The position numbers and the translations under genes were made by a program. Shown one piece after another: positions 26,076 through 34,663 of a stretch of DNA of 64,000 bases. The notes beneath the pieces are model-generated. The model had not been told where the DNA came from. It worked only from the letters and a program-made list of their open reading frames with translations, and did not search any database. This DNA comes from a bacterium. GTDB lineage: Bacteria > Hinthialibacterota > Hinthialibacteria > Hinthialibacterales > Hinthialibacteraceae. The stretch spans positions 26,006-90,005 of the forward strand of contig WGLV01000013.1 in the NCBI GenBank assembly GCA_016125385.1, read 5' to 3'. How positions within the stretch are numbered: the first letter of the stretch is position 1; each line of letters opens with the position of its first letter.

Positions 26076-26206
26076 GGTTCCATTCTCCCTGAGACGTTGA
26101 CTTCTTTATATACAGCATACGACGCGCATCGTTGAGTCATTCCACAAAAAAAGAGGGCGTGGAATTTTCCACGCCCTCTTGAGTCTTACACAACCAGTAA
26201 AGCGGC

Positions 26207-27394
26207 TTACGCGCCCAGTGGAGCGGGAAGCGCAAAGCCCATGATGACGCCCATCACTACCAGAATCACCGCCACCGCGCCGGCGACGACCATACTGTCT
26301 TTGATCGTTTTGCCTTCGCCGGTCGCCAGCGAACCCATCCACGCGGGCACGAAGATCGCGCCCAACAGGCCCACGGCGAAGATGATGCTGAAGCCGGTGC
26401 CCGCCACGGCGCCTTCGACGCGCGCGAACATCAAACCGGCGATGGTGGGGAACATCGGCGCGAACAGCAGGCCGATCAGAATAATGAACAGCGTCGCCGT
26501 GCCTTCGCTTTTAACGGTTTTCAGCCCGAACAGCAATACCGCCGCGACCACCGCAAGCCCCGCGACGAACCACGGGCCCTGGGCGCCCGACAGGGCGAGG
26601 TATTGACCGATTACCAGCGCCGCGAAAAGACGGCCAACCATGATCGCGACCGAGAAGAACGAAAGAACGGTTGAGGCCTTGGTCTCTGTGGCGCCGACCT
26701 TGGTCATGTAGGTGGTGATCCAGCCCGCCATCGACACTTCAAGCGCGATGTAGCACATCAGCGCCAGCGCGCAGAGAATGATGGTGGGGTTGGCGATCAG
26801 GCTGGTTACCGCCGCCGCGCTGAAGTTGCCGCCCGACTCGGGAAACGCGCCGGTCAACGCGAAATACAGCGGGATCAACAGAATCACCGCCAATACGGTG
26901 AGCGTTCCGCTGAAGCTCATCTTCTTGAAGAAAAACGCCGTCAGAATCGGCGCGCAAAACGCGCCCACGCCAAAGAACACGTTGCCCAGGTTGCCTGAAC
27001 GGCCGGGGTCGGCGTAAATAATCGCGGGGTTGCCGAGAAGAACGTTACCCGCCGTGTTCATGAACATGCTGCCCACGCCAAGAAACAGGCACGCCATGAT
27101 GGCGAAACTGTACGTCTTGGAGAGGCCCATGACGAACATGGCCGCCGCGCCCGCGGCAAAACCGCCCACCGCGACAGCCTTGTAGCCGAACTGGTCGCAC
27201 ACGATGCCGGCCACGAGAACGAAGATCAGGTTGCTGAAGTTGTAAACCGAGAAGAGTTTGCCCATCTGAGCGTCATTGATGCCCAGCTCCTGCGTCAATC
27301 GCAACTTGACGCTGCCGAGCAAAAACATCGACAGACCCAAGCCGAAGACGCTGGTTACGGCGACGATATCCGCGAACAGCATGCTGTTTTCCAT
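26207..27394 (-). CDS. MFS transporter (sugar-type, FucP-like)
   Basis: 395 aa with 12 predicted TM helices. An MFS signature-like loop (GIVCDQFGYK). Confidence 0.75.
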   Translation of the reverse strand: MENSMLFADIVAVTSVFGLGLSMFLLGSVKLRLTQELGINDAQMGKLFSVYNFSNLIFVLVAGIVCDQFGYKAVAVGGFAAGAAAMFVMGLSKTYSFAIMACLFLGVGSMFMNTAGNVLLGNPAIIYADPGRSGNLGNVFFGVGAFCAPILTAFFFKKMSFSGTLTVLAVILLIPLYFALTGAFPESGGNFSAAAVTSLIANPTIILCALALMCYIALEVSMAGWITTYMTKVGATETKASTVLSFFSVAIMVGRLFAALVIGQYLALSGAQGPWFVAGLAVVAAVLLFGLKTVKSEGTATLFIILIGLLFAPMFPTIAGLMFARVEGAVAGTGFSIIFAVGLLGAIFVPAWMGSLATGEGKTIKDSMVVAGAVAVILVVMGVIMGFALPAPLGA

Positions 27395-27674
27395 CTGCGA
27401 AATCCTCCCTTTTAGGTACGGTAGACTACCGAATGTTCGTTAAGCGGAACGAAATCGCTCCGCCGGATGCCTTACACGAGATGAGTGAAAACCCGTATCA
27501 CCCCGATTGATCTGAATACAAATAAAAATCTGCGGGAGACCTACTGAAACCTTCCCGCGAGATGCGCGATTATCTCATGCCGCCCGTTCAGGATCAACGT
27601 CCTGAGCGTTCAAATTCGTTACATTTTTGTCGAGATCAATCGATAGGGTTCCAGCCCCCGATAGGAACATTTCG

Positions 27675-28913
27675 TCAATCCGAATCGTGTTCCCAGATAT
27701 CCTTGATCGCCCCTTCCTGATTGAAACCGCCGGGAACCTCCGCGCTGGGCCGGTTGGCCCAATACCAGCGTTTGCCGTCGGCGGGGCTGGCCAGCGTACG
27801 GCTGGCGGGCATCTGCAGATAACCATTGGGATCGGCGCGGCGCACCCAGTTCCAGGCGTAATACAGCCACAGATCCCGGTAGTGTTCATTCTGATGGGCG
27901 AACCAGCTGATTTCGTCGTATCCCCAACACCAGTAGTCGTTTCGATCTTCCCCTTCAAAGTTGCTGCGGCCCCAGTTATCGAGTTCGGCCAGGTAGGGCA
28001 ACGACTCGCATTTCCAGCCGCTGGGCGTCATCCCACCCTTGCTGCGGCCATAAATGCTGTCGATAAAGCCCTCTCGTAACACGCCTTCCAGAGGTTTATC
28101 CGGAACGGCCTTAATGCGCAGCGGAAAAGAGTGAAAATCGAACAGCAGCCTTCCATCCGCCAGAACGATCCCCCCGCTGGGGACATGAGCGTCGCAGAGG
28201 ACGAGATGCCGGCGGGCGTGCTCTCTGGCGTACTGGCGAACGCGAGTCATCATGTCCAGCCAGTTTTCATGTTCGGGGTCGCGATCGTCCATGATCTCGA
28301 CCTGGCCAAAGTGGATCGCCTCAACGCCGATTTCGATATACCGGGCGGAGAGATAAGTAAACCACATCCGGGTTTCCAGCTGACTCATATCAGGCACGGA
28401 CTGGCCCTCGCGCCACTGGTTCACGCGACGACCGTCGGGATAGAGCATGGCTTCGTAATTGAAATGGCGTGATTCCGGCGTCTGATCAAACGCCTCGAAC
28501 ACCCAGGCGGGAACCGGGATGCCGTTTACCTCAGTAGTAACGATCTCGAATACCGCCGCCTGCAGAATCACATCCGGGTCGGCTTGATGCACTTTTTCGG
28601 CGGTCGCTTTTCCATTCGCGATGATCGATTCAATACGCGATTCCCCGCCCCACATAAAGATCGAGCGTCCCGCGAATTTCATCCCGGTTTCCGTGATCAT
28701 GCGGATGTTGTCATCCACGTTTCCACCCAGCCGGGTTTCGGTGTTGACGGGATCAAGCAGGTCTGAAAACGTCATCGCCCGGGAAAGATAGTTGCACAAT
28801 ACGTCGCGTGAGATCGTCCCGTCGAAGGCGTAATCGCGTTCAGCAGCGCATACGGATAGGGGGAGCGACGCGAACAATAGAAACACGATGGTAAAACAGC
28901 GATGGGATTGCAT
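27675..28913 (-). CDS. Secreted hypothetical protein, possibly glycan-active (no family assignable)
   Basis: Signal peptide MQSHRCFTIVFLLFASLPLSVCAA; the start is chosen at the internal Met at 28913 rather than the track start at 29006. Located between the MFS/GH genes and the NDP-sugar genes. Confidence 0.45.
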   Translation of the reverse strand: MQSHRCFTIVFLLFASLPLSVCAAERDYAFDGTISRDVLCNYLSRAMTFSDLLDPVNTETRLGGNVDDNIRMITETGMKFAGRSIFMWGGESRIESIIANGKATAEKVHQADPDVILQAAVFEIVTTEVNGIPVPAWVFEAFDQTPESRHFNYEAMLYPDGRRVNQWREGQSVPDMSQLETRMWFTYLSARYIEIGVEAIHFGQVEIMDDRDPEHENWLDMMTRVRQYAREHARRHLVLCDAHVPSGGIVLADGRLLFDFHSFPLRIKAVPDKPLEGVLREGFIDSIYGRSKGGMTPSGWKCESLPYLAELDNWGRSNFEGEDRNDYWCWGYDEISWFAHQNEHYRDLWLYYAWNWVRRADPNGYLQMPASRTLASPADGKRWYWANRPSAEVPGGFNQEGAIKDIWEHDSD

Positions 28914-29067
28914 GAAATCTCCCTCCAGACGGAATAACTCACGGCATCGATTGATGGAAAAAAACCGCCGTGATTCGATTCGCAATGCTACCAGACGAGA
29001 ATTCACACTGAAAGCGGAGGGCGCTCATGCGCTCTCCGCTCATCTTTCGAAGCATGGGGTATCAGGA

Positions 29068-29802
29068 TCAGACGTTGTTGGCGCCGGTTTTTTCAATCAG
29101 ACAAGCGGCTTCGTGGAGGGAAAAACGGGTCTCGCCGCAATCGGCCCACCAACCATCGAGAATATCGTAGGTCATCGTTCCTTCGCGCAGGTAGGCGTTG
29201 TTTACATCGGTTATCTCGAGCTCGCCGCGCGCCGAGACTTCAAGTTTGTCGATAATATCGAACACGCGCGAGTCATACATATACACGCCGATGACGGCGT
29301 AGCGCGAAGGTGGGTTCTTAGGTTTTTCGATGATTTCGGCGATGCGGTTTTTGGCGTCGAACCGCGGGACGCCGTAACTCTCGGGATGGTCGACTTCTTT
29401 CAGAATGATTCGCGCACCCTTTTGTTGTTCGCGGAACTTTTCGACGAAGGAAACGATGTTCTTCTCGATAATGTTGTCGCCTAACATGACGGCGACGCTG
29501 TCGCCCGCGACGAAGTCGCGCGTCAGCGCCAGCGCTTCGGCGATGCCGCCTTCACGCGCCTGATAGGCGTAATGCAGGCGCTTGAGGCCAAAATCCTTCC
29601 CATCGCCCAGCAACGGCAGAAAATCGCCCGCATGTTTACCACCCGTAATGATCATGATCTCTTCGATTCCCGCCTGAGCGAGGGTTTCGATGGGGTAAAA
29701 GATCATCGGCCGGTCATAGACCGGCAGCAGGTGTTTGTTGGTGACGCGGGTCATGGGCAACAGACGAGTTCCCAGTCCCCCGGCGGTGATGACGCCTTTC
29801 AT
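29068..29802 (-). CDS. Sugar-1-phosphate nucleotidyltransferase, RmlA-like short form (glucose-1-phosphate thymidylyltransferase family)
   Basis: 244 aa. N-terminal MKGVITAGGLGTRLLPMTRVTNKHLLPVYDRPMIFYPIETLAQAGI closely parallels the RmlA G(G/A)xGTRL nucleotide-binding loop and KQLLP region. Confidence 0.75.
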   Translation of the reverse strand: MKGVITAGGLGTRLLPMTRVTNKHLLPVYDRPMIFYPIETLAQAGIEEIMIITGGKHAGDFLPLLGDGKDFGLKRLHYAYQAREGGIAEALALTRDFVAGDSVAVMLGDNIIEKNIVSFVEKFREQQKGARIILKEVDHPESYGVPRFDAKNRIAEIIEKPKNPPSRYAVIGVYMYDSRVFDIIDKLEVSARGELEITDVNNAYLREGTMTYDILDGWWADCGETRFSLHEAACLIEKTGANNV

Positions 29803-30830
29803 GCCGTTTTTTTCGCTTTCGCCAGACGATCGCCGTATTGTTTTTTATAATAGGCCTGAAAATCGCCTTCTTTGAGTTTTTTCCACCAGTCTTTGTTCTT
29901 TTTATACCAGTTTACCGTACGAACAAGACCGGCATCCAGATCGACCTCCGGTTTCCAGCCCAGCGCGCGCAACTTGGAATCATCAAGCGCGTACCGAAAA
30001 TCGTGGCCGGGCCGATCGTCGACGAACGCGATCAGGTCTTCGGGCTTTTTCAGGCACTCCAGAATCTTTTTGACAACCATCAGGTTGGTCATGTCGCCCT
30101 GACCGCCGATGTTATAAATCTCGCCGGGTTCACCCGCGCTCAAGACCAGATCGATGGCGCGGCAACTGTCTTCGACGTACAGCCATTCACGCATCTGGGA
30201 GCCGTCGCCGTAGATGGGCAGCGGTTCGTTTTCCAGCGCGTTGGTGACGCAGAGCGGGATCAGTTTTTCGGGATGCTGGTACGGACCGTAATTGTTCGCC
30301 ATACGCACGATCACCACCGGCGACTTGTAGGTCGAGTAATAAGCCCGGCACAGAAGGTCGCCGCCTCCCTTGCCCGCCGAATAGGGCGACGAGGGATTGA
30401 GAGGCGATGTCTCGGTCATGGGGCCTTCAAGCGCGGGGCCGTACACCTCGTCGGTGCTGATCTGCACGTATTTCTTCACGCCGAACTGGCGCGAGGCCTC
30501 AAGCAGGCTGAACACGCCGAAAACGTCCGTGCGCAAAAAATCGTCCGGCTTTGAGATCGAACGGTCGACATGGGTCTCGGCGGCGAAGTTGACGATGGCG
30601 TCGATGGGTTTGCGCGAAATCAGGTCCATCAGCAGTTGGCGGTCGCCGATGTCGCCGTGAAAAAAGGTATACCGGGGATCGCTCTGTACGGTTTTAAGGT
30701 TATCGAGGTTGCCCGCGTACGTCAGTTTATCGAGATTGATAACTTCGAGGTCTTCATGCGCGGTCAGACAGTGTTGAATAAAGTTAGAGCCGATAAAGCC
30801 CGCGCCGCCCGTGACTAAAATGCGTTTCAT
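29799..30830 (-). CDS. rmlB: dTDP-glucose 4,6-dehydratase
   Basis: 343 aa. TGGAGFIGSNF Rossmann motif, catalytic YxxxK region (YSAGKGGGDLL) and the conserved ISTDEVYG block of RmlB. Confidence 0.88.
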   Translation of the reverse strand: MKRILVTGGAGFIGSNFIQHCLTAHEDLEVINLDKLTYAGNLDNLKTVQSDPRYTFFHGDIGDRQLLMDLISRKPIDAIVNFAAETHVDRSISKPDDFLRTDVFGVFSLLEASRQFGVKKYVQISTDEVYGPALEGPMTETSPLNPSSPYSAGKGGGDLLCRAYYSTYKSPVVIVRMANNYGPYQHPEKLIPLCVTNALENEPLPIYGDGSQMREWLYVEDSCRAIDLVLSAGEPGEIYNIGGQGDMTNLMVVKKILECLKKPEDLIAFVDDRPGHDFRYALDDSKLRALGWKPEVDLDAGLVRTVNWYKKNKDWWKKLKEGDFQAYYKKQYGDRLAKAKKTA

Positions 30831-31127
30831 AATGGTTCAAACCCCTCCAACCGGCGCGGCTTCGTTTTCCGCCGCGCCACGTGTCATCCCATTCATCATC
30901 ATTTCAGAAAAACAGATCCGCATCAACAAAATATGGTCTCGTTCAACGCCGTGAAATGCAATACCCCCCAGACAAGGGAAAAGGCCGCCACGAGGGCGGC
31001 CTCACGTAGAACGAAAAAATATATAGAAATTATGCCGGTTCCAAGCATTATTGTAATCAAAACTCGATGACTGTCCAGCAAAAAAAATAAACCGCCCGGC
31101 CTGGTATATCCCTTCCGCCGCCGCCGA

Positions 31128-32966
31128 TCAGGCTTCGCCACTCATAAGAACCTCTTTTAACTGGAGATGCGCTTCTTCCACCGCCTTCGTCAGAGCATCC
31201 ATCCGGCGCTGACACTCCACCAGCATCTGGTCTTCGGTGATGTCGCCCGGTCCCAGCTTGAGGAACTCGAACAGGGCGCGCGGCGCGGCGTATTCGATCA
31301 GGTATTCATCCGCCGGGTGAGAAAACAGCATTTTTCGCGCCTCTTCAAGCGCTTCAAAACAGGCTTCGATGTCACCCGCGCCCAGCGCGCGCATGCGTTC
31401 ACCCGCCTGGCGGGCGTCATTTAACCGGTCATCAAGCCGCTCGCTTAACTCGCGCCGCAACGCTTCCGCGTCAACAGGTTCTCGCTTCGCCGCTGAGTCC
31501 GCCTTTGTCAGTGCGGCGGATGGCTCGAATCCAATCGTTTTCGCCTGTTCGATCGCCTCGGCCAGCGTCATGACTTGCGTTCCCGGAATCTTGGCTCCGC
31601 CCTCGGTAGCGTCGATGACGCGCGCCTTCATGCGGGCGATGTCGTTCGCCAGCATGTGGATATACACAAGAAAACTCTGTACGGTGGGGACGGGATTCCC
31701 ATCGACCCCCTCCACCCAATACAGGTTTTCCCGGCTGGTCTTCTCATCAATCAACGGGACGTCGACATGGTCGCGGTCCCCTTCAATGAAGCCCGCCTGA
31801 CGGCGTAACGCGGCACCGGGCAGGTGCGTCCAGCCTTCGGCGGAATCGAGAGCGAGGTCCTGCCCCACGAGTATGATCGGATCGCAGCCCAGAAACTCGG
31901 CGGCGTACAGCCCCATCTGGGATACCATCCCGCCTTTTTTGATCACGCCCACCCCGCCCAGCCGCTCATCGAGCCACTGGAAAAAATCGTGTTTGTCGGT
32001 CATGGCGGTGAGCGGCCTGTCGAAACGGGCGGCGATTTCTGGCCGCGACTCGGGATCGAACAGCAGCCAGGGCGTGTCGCCGTAATGATCGCGAGGGAAA
32101 TGGCGCAGGTTCAGTTCGGTGGGGTCGACGGTAACCACCCAGTGCGGCTCGATTCCCTGAGCGCGTAATGGTTCCAGAGCGGTATCGACCGCGATGACAA
32201 GACAGTGCTCAGCCGCCTCTTTAAGCTGGTGCATGCTTTTAGCGAGCGAGGGGCCGGCGGCGGCGATCACGGCGGGAGCGCCGCGAAACGCATCGCCAAA
32301 ATCGCGTAGCCCGCGCGCACGGGTGAGCGTTTTCAGATTGCGCAGCAGATTACGCAGCGTAAGCGGGCCGTCTTTGAACTTGGTCAGCATCCCGCTCTGG
32401 CCCAGCCGCATGGCTTCCTGAACCTGGCGCTTCATCGAAGCCGTCCATTCAGGAAACGCACCCGCCGTGGGTGGATATTCAAGCATCGTGACCGAATTCG
32501 CCATCAGATCGGGAAGGTGAGCGGTCAGGCGGGGGAACGCGCCGGTCTCTTTTTCGGCGATGATCCACTCGACCGCCGGATCGCCGAGCAGCGCGGTCAG
32601 GTCCATGCGCTGCAGGGCGGTACGGAATACGCTGAGCGAAGGTTCGAGAACATACAGATGACGCAGACCGCGCGCCCGCTCGCGCAACAGCAGAGGGACG
32701 TACCCCAACCCGCAGCCGAACAAAATCAGGTTACGCAACGCGGCGAGCCCCTCTACGCTCTCAACAAACTCAAGCGCGTGCTCAAGAGGCCGCTCGGGGT
32801 GATGCAACGCAAAGGTCTGACCGTTGTGTTGCACCAGCAGCGTGGGGTAAGGCGTCGGGGTTTCACGCAACGCCAGCAAGGCGTCTTCTTCGTTGCTTTC
32901 GACCCGCGCCGCCAGCGCCGCGTCTCTCTTCTTTAAACGAATCAGATTTTCATGGAAGATAGTCAT
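31128..32966 (-). CDS. Maf-like (motility-accessory-factor) DUF115 / MptE-like protein, putative nonulosonic-acid/glycan transferase
   Basis: 612 aa. Central ...VIAAAGPSL...CLVIAVDTAL...VVTVDP... core matches the DUF115 (6-hydroxymethylpterin diphosphokinase MptE-like) fold of Campylobacter/Helicobacter Maf proteins. Size and architecture fit Maf. Confidence 0.55.
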   Translation of the reverse strand: MTIFHENLIRLKKRDAALAARVESNEEDALLALRETPTPYPTLLVQHNGQTFALHHPERPLEHALEFVESVEGLAALRNLILFGCGLGYVPLLLRERARGLRHLYVLEPSLSVFRTALQRMDLTALLGDPAVEWIIAEKETGAFPRLTAHLPDLMANSVTMLEYPPTAGAFPEWTASMKRQVQEAMRLGQSGMLTKFKDGPLTLRNLLRNLKTLTRARGLRDFGDAFRGAPAVIAAAGPSLAKSMHQLKEAAEHCLVIAVDTALEPLRAQGIEPHWVVTVDPTELNLRHFPRDHYGDTPWLLFDPESRPEIAARFDRPLTAMTDKHDFFQWLDERLGGVGVIKKGGMVSQMGLYAAEFLGCDPIILVGQDLALDSAEGWTHLPGAALRRQAGFIEGDRDHVDVPLIDEKTSRENLYWVEGVDGNPVPTVQSFLVYIHMLANDIARMKARVIDATEGGAKIPGTQVMTLAEAIEQAKTIGFEPSAALTKADSAAKREPVDAEALRRELSERLDDRLNDARQAGERMRALGAGDIEACFEALEEARKMLFSHPADEYLIEYAAPRALFEFLKLGPGDITEDQMLVECQRRMDALTKAVEEAHLQLKEVLMSGEA

Positions 32967-33039
32967 AGTGAATTTCGTCAGTATACACGGAAACGATCGC
33001 CCCGGATACGATTCTCACCCATCTCGTAAAGGATATCTC

Positions 33040-33666
33040 ATGACGGAACCGCAGTGGCTGAAATGGGCGAAAGAACTACAGGCCATCGCCCAGACCGGCA
33101 ATCACTTCGCTCAGAACGATTTCGACGTCGAACGCTTCACCCGCGTTGGTGAAATCGCCGCCGAGATGCTCGCCCGGCAGTCGAACGCCTCACGCGAGGA
33201 AATTCTTTCATGGAACCTGAACGAACAAGGCTACGCCACGCCCAAGGTCGACGTGCGCGGCGCCGCCTTCCGCGACGGTAAAATTCTGATGGTGCGTGAA
33301 CGCCTCGACAACGACCGCTGGACGCTGCCCGGCGGCTGGGCCGACGTGAACGAAACACCCCGCGAAGCGGTCGAACGTGAAGTATTCGAAGAATCGGGTT
33401 TTCAGGTCAAAGCCGTCAAACTGGCGATGGCGCTCGACCGGGTAAAACAGGGCCACCTGCCTCACTATCCCCATCACGTATACAAGCTGTTTTTTTTATG
33501 CGACATCACCGGCGGCGAGGCGCGGGTAAACATGGAAGCCAGCGAGGTCGCCTTTTTCGCGCTGGAAGACATAGGCGATCTGTCCGCCTCGCGCGTCAAT
33601 ATGCGCCAGATTGAACTGCTGTTCGCACATCGGCGAAACCTCGCCCTGCCCACCGAGTTCGATTGA
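33040..33666 (+). CDS. Nudix hydrolase with an N-terminal accessory domain
   Basis: Canonical Nudix box GGWADVNETPREAVEREVFEESGF (GX5EX7REVXEEXGU). Start chosen at the ATG at 33040, preceded by AAAGGA; the track ORF begins at 32893 inside the convergent gene. Confidence 0.8.
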   Translation: MTEPQWLKWAKELQAIAQTGNHFAQNDFDVERFTRVGEIAAEMLARQSNASREEILSWNLNEQGYATPKVDVRGAAFRDGKILMVRERLDNDRWTLPGGWADVNETPREAVEREVFEESGFQVKAVKLAMALDRVKQGHLPHYPHHVYKLFFLCDITGGEARVNMEASEVAFFALEDIGDLSASRVNMRQIELLFAHRRNLALPTEFD

Positions 33667-33709
33667 ACGCGATTTGCATAAGGCCTCTCCGGATGGCTAT
33701 ACTGCCCTC

Positions 33710-33964
33710 ATGACGACAACATTTACCATTCTGTTATTTGGCCCCCAGGCGCAACGAGCGGGACGGCGCAAACTTCAGATCGAACTTGAAGCCGAAGCGC
33801 CCGCCTGCCGCGATCTGCGCGAAGCCATCGCCGCCGCCGCGCCCGAGCTGGCGGAAACGCTATCAGCCAGCCGATTCGCCGTCAATCATGAATATGCGGG
33901 CGAGGACCGCCTCATCTCGCCCGGCGACGAGATCGCGCTGATCGGCCCGGTGAGTGGAGGTTGA
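33710..33964 (+). CDS. moaD: Molybdopterin synthase sulfur-carrier subunit
   Basis: 84 aa ending in Gly-Gly (...LIGPVSGG*), ubiquitin-like size, immediately upstream of moaE. Confidence 0.75.
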   Translation: MTTTFTILLFGPQAQRAGRRKLQIELEAEAPACRDLREAIAAAAPELAETLSASRFAVNHEYAGEDRLISPGDEIALIGPVSGG

Positions 33965-33967
33965 ACC

Positions 33968-34351
33968 ATGACGGTCACGGTTGAGTTTATCGAAGGCCCC
34001 ATCATTTCGCCTCCATGCCATGCGATCCCATCTGGGGCGGGAGGCGTGGTGATTTTCGAGGGGAGGGTACGAGCGCTGGAGGACGGGCGTCCCATAACCG
34101 CGCTGCGATATGAAGCGTACCCGCCGATGACGGATCGCGAAATGCGGAGAGCCGCTGAATCAGCCGCCTCCAGGCATGGATTGCTCGCCCTCCATATTGA
34201 ACACTCCACCGGACGCGTTGGCATTGATGAATGCTCGTTTCGCGCGATGGCCGCCGCTCCCCACCGCAAGGAAGCATTCGCTGCTCTGCAGGAATTCATC
34301 GACGAGATGAAACAATCAGTTCCCCTCTGGAAAATCCCCGTCTGGGAATAA
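33968..34351 (+). CDS. moaE: Molybdopterin synthase catalytic subunit
   Basis: 127 aa. VVIFEGRVR, ...YEAYPPM... and the C-terminal PLWKIPVWE, typical of MoaE. Confidence 0.85.
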   Translation: MTVTVEFIEGPIISPPCHAIPSGAGGVVIFEGRVRALEDGRPITALRYEAYPPMTDREMRRAAESAASRHGLLALHIEHSTGRVGIDECSFRAMAAAPHRKEAFAALQEFIDEMKQSVPLWKIPVWE

Positions 34352-34663
34352 TTCCCCACTTATATGCATTTCAACCGGCTACCTTTATAGACAATCTTTT
34401 TTCATAAAGAGCATAGGCTCTATAAAAACCCTGTTGCCAAATTACTTTTGATCTATTAGTATAGGCGGTGATTTAAAATAATTACTTGATTTTTCTCATC
34501 GTTGATTCCACACAAGCCATACCTTTTTTGTCAATCATCGTGGCGATGCACCCGTGCATGATTCTTTTGTGTAGGGGGTAACAGTGTATGGCGTGATTAA
34601 AACCCGCATTCTGATTTACGCACAATTATCTACAATAACAAAAAAAAAGAAAGGGTATACCTG

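Noticed and set aside
25518-26135. 205-aa plus-strand ORF and neighbours
   Set aside because: Antisense to the GH-A hydrolase gene.
29838-30554. 238-aa plus-strand ORF
   Set aside because: Antisense to rmlB (dTDP-glucose 4,6-dehydratase).
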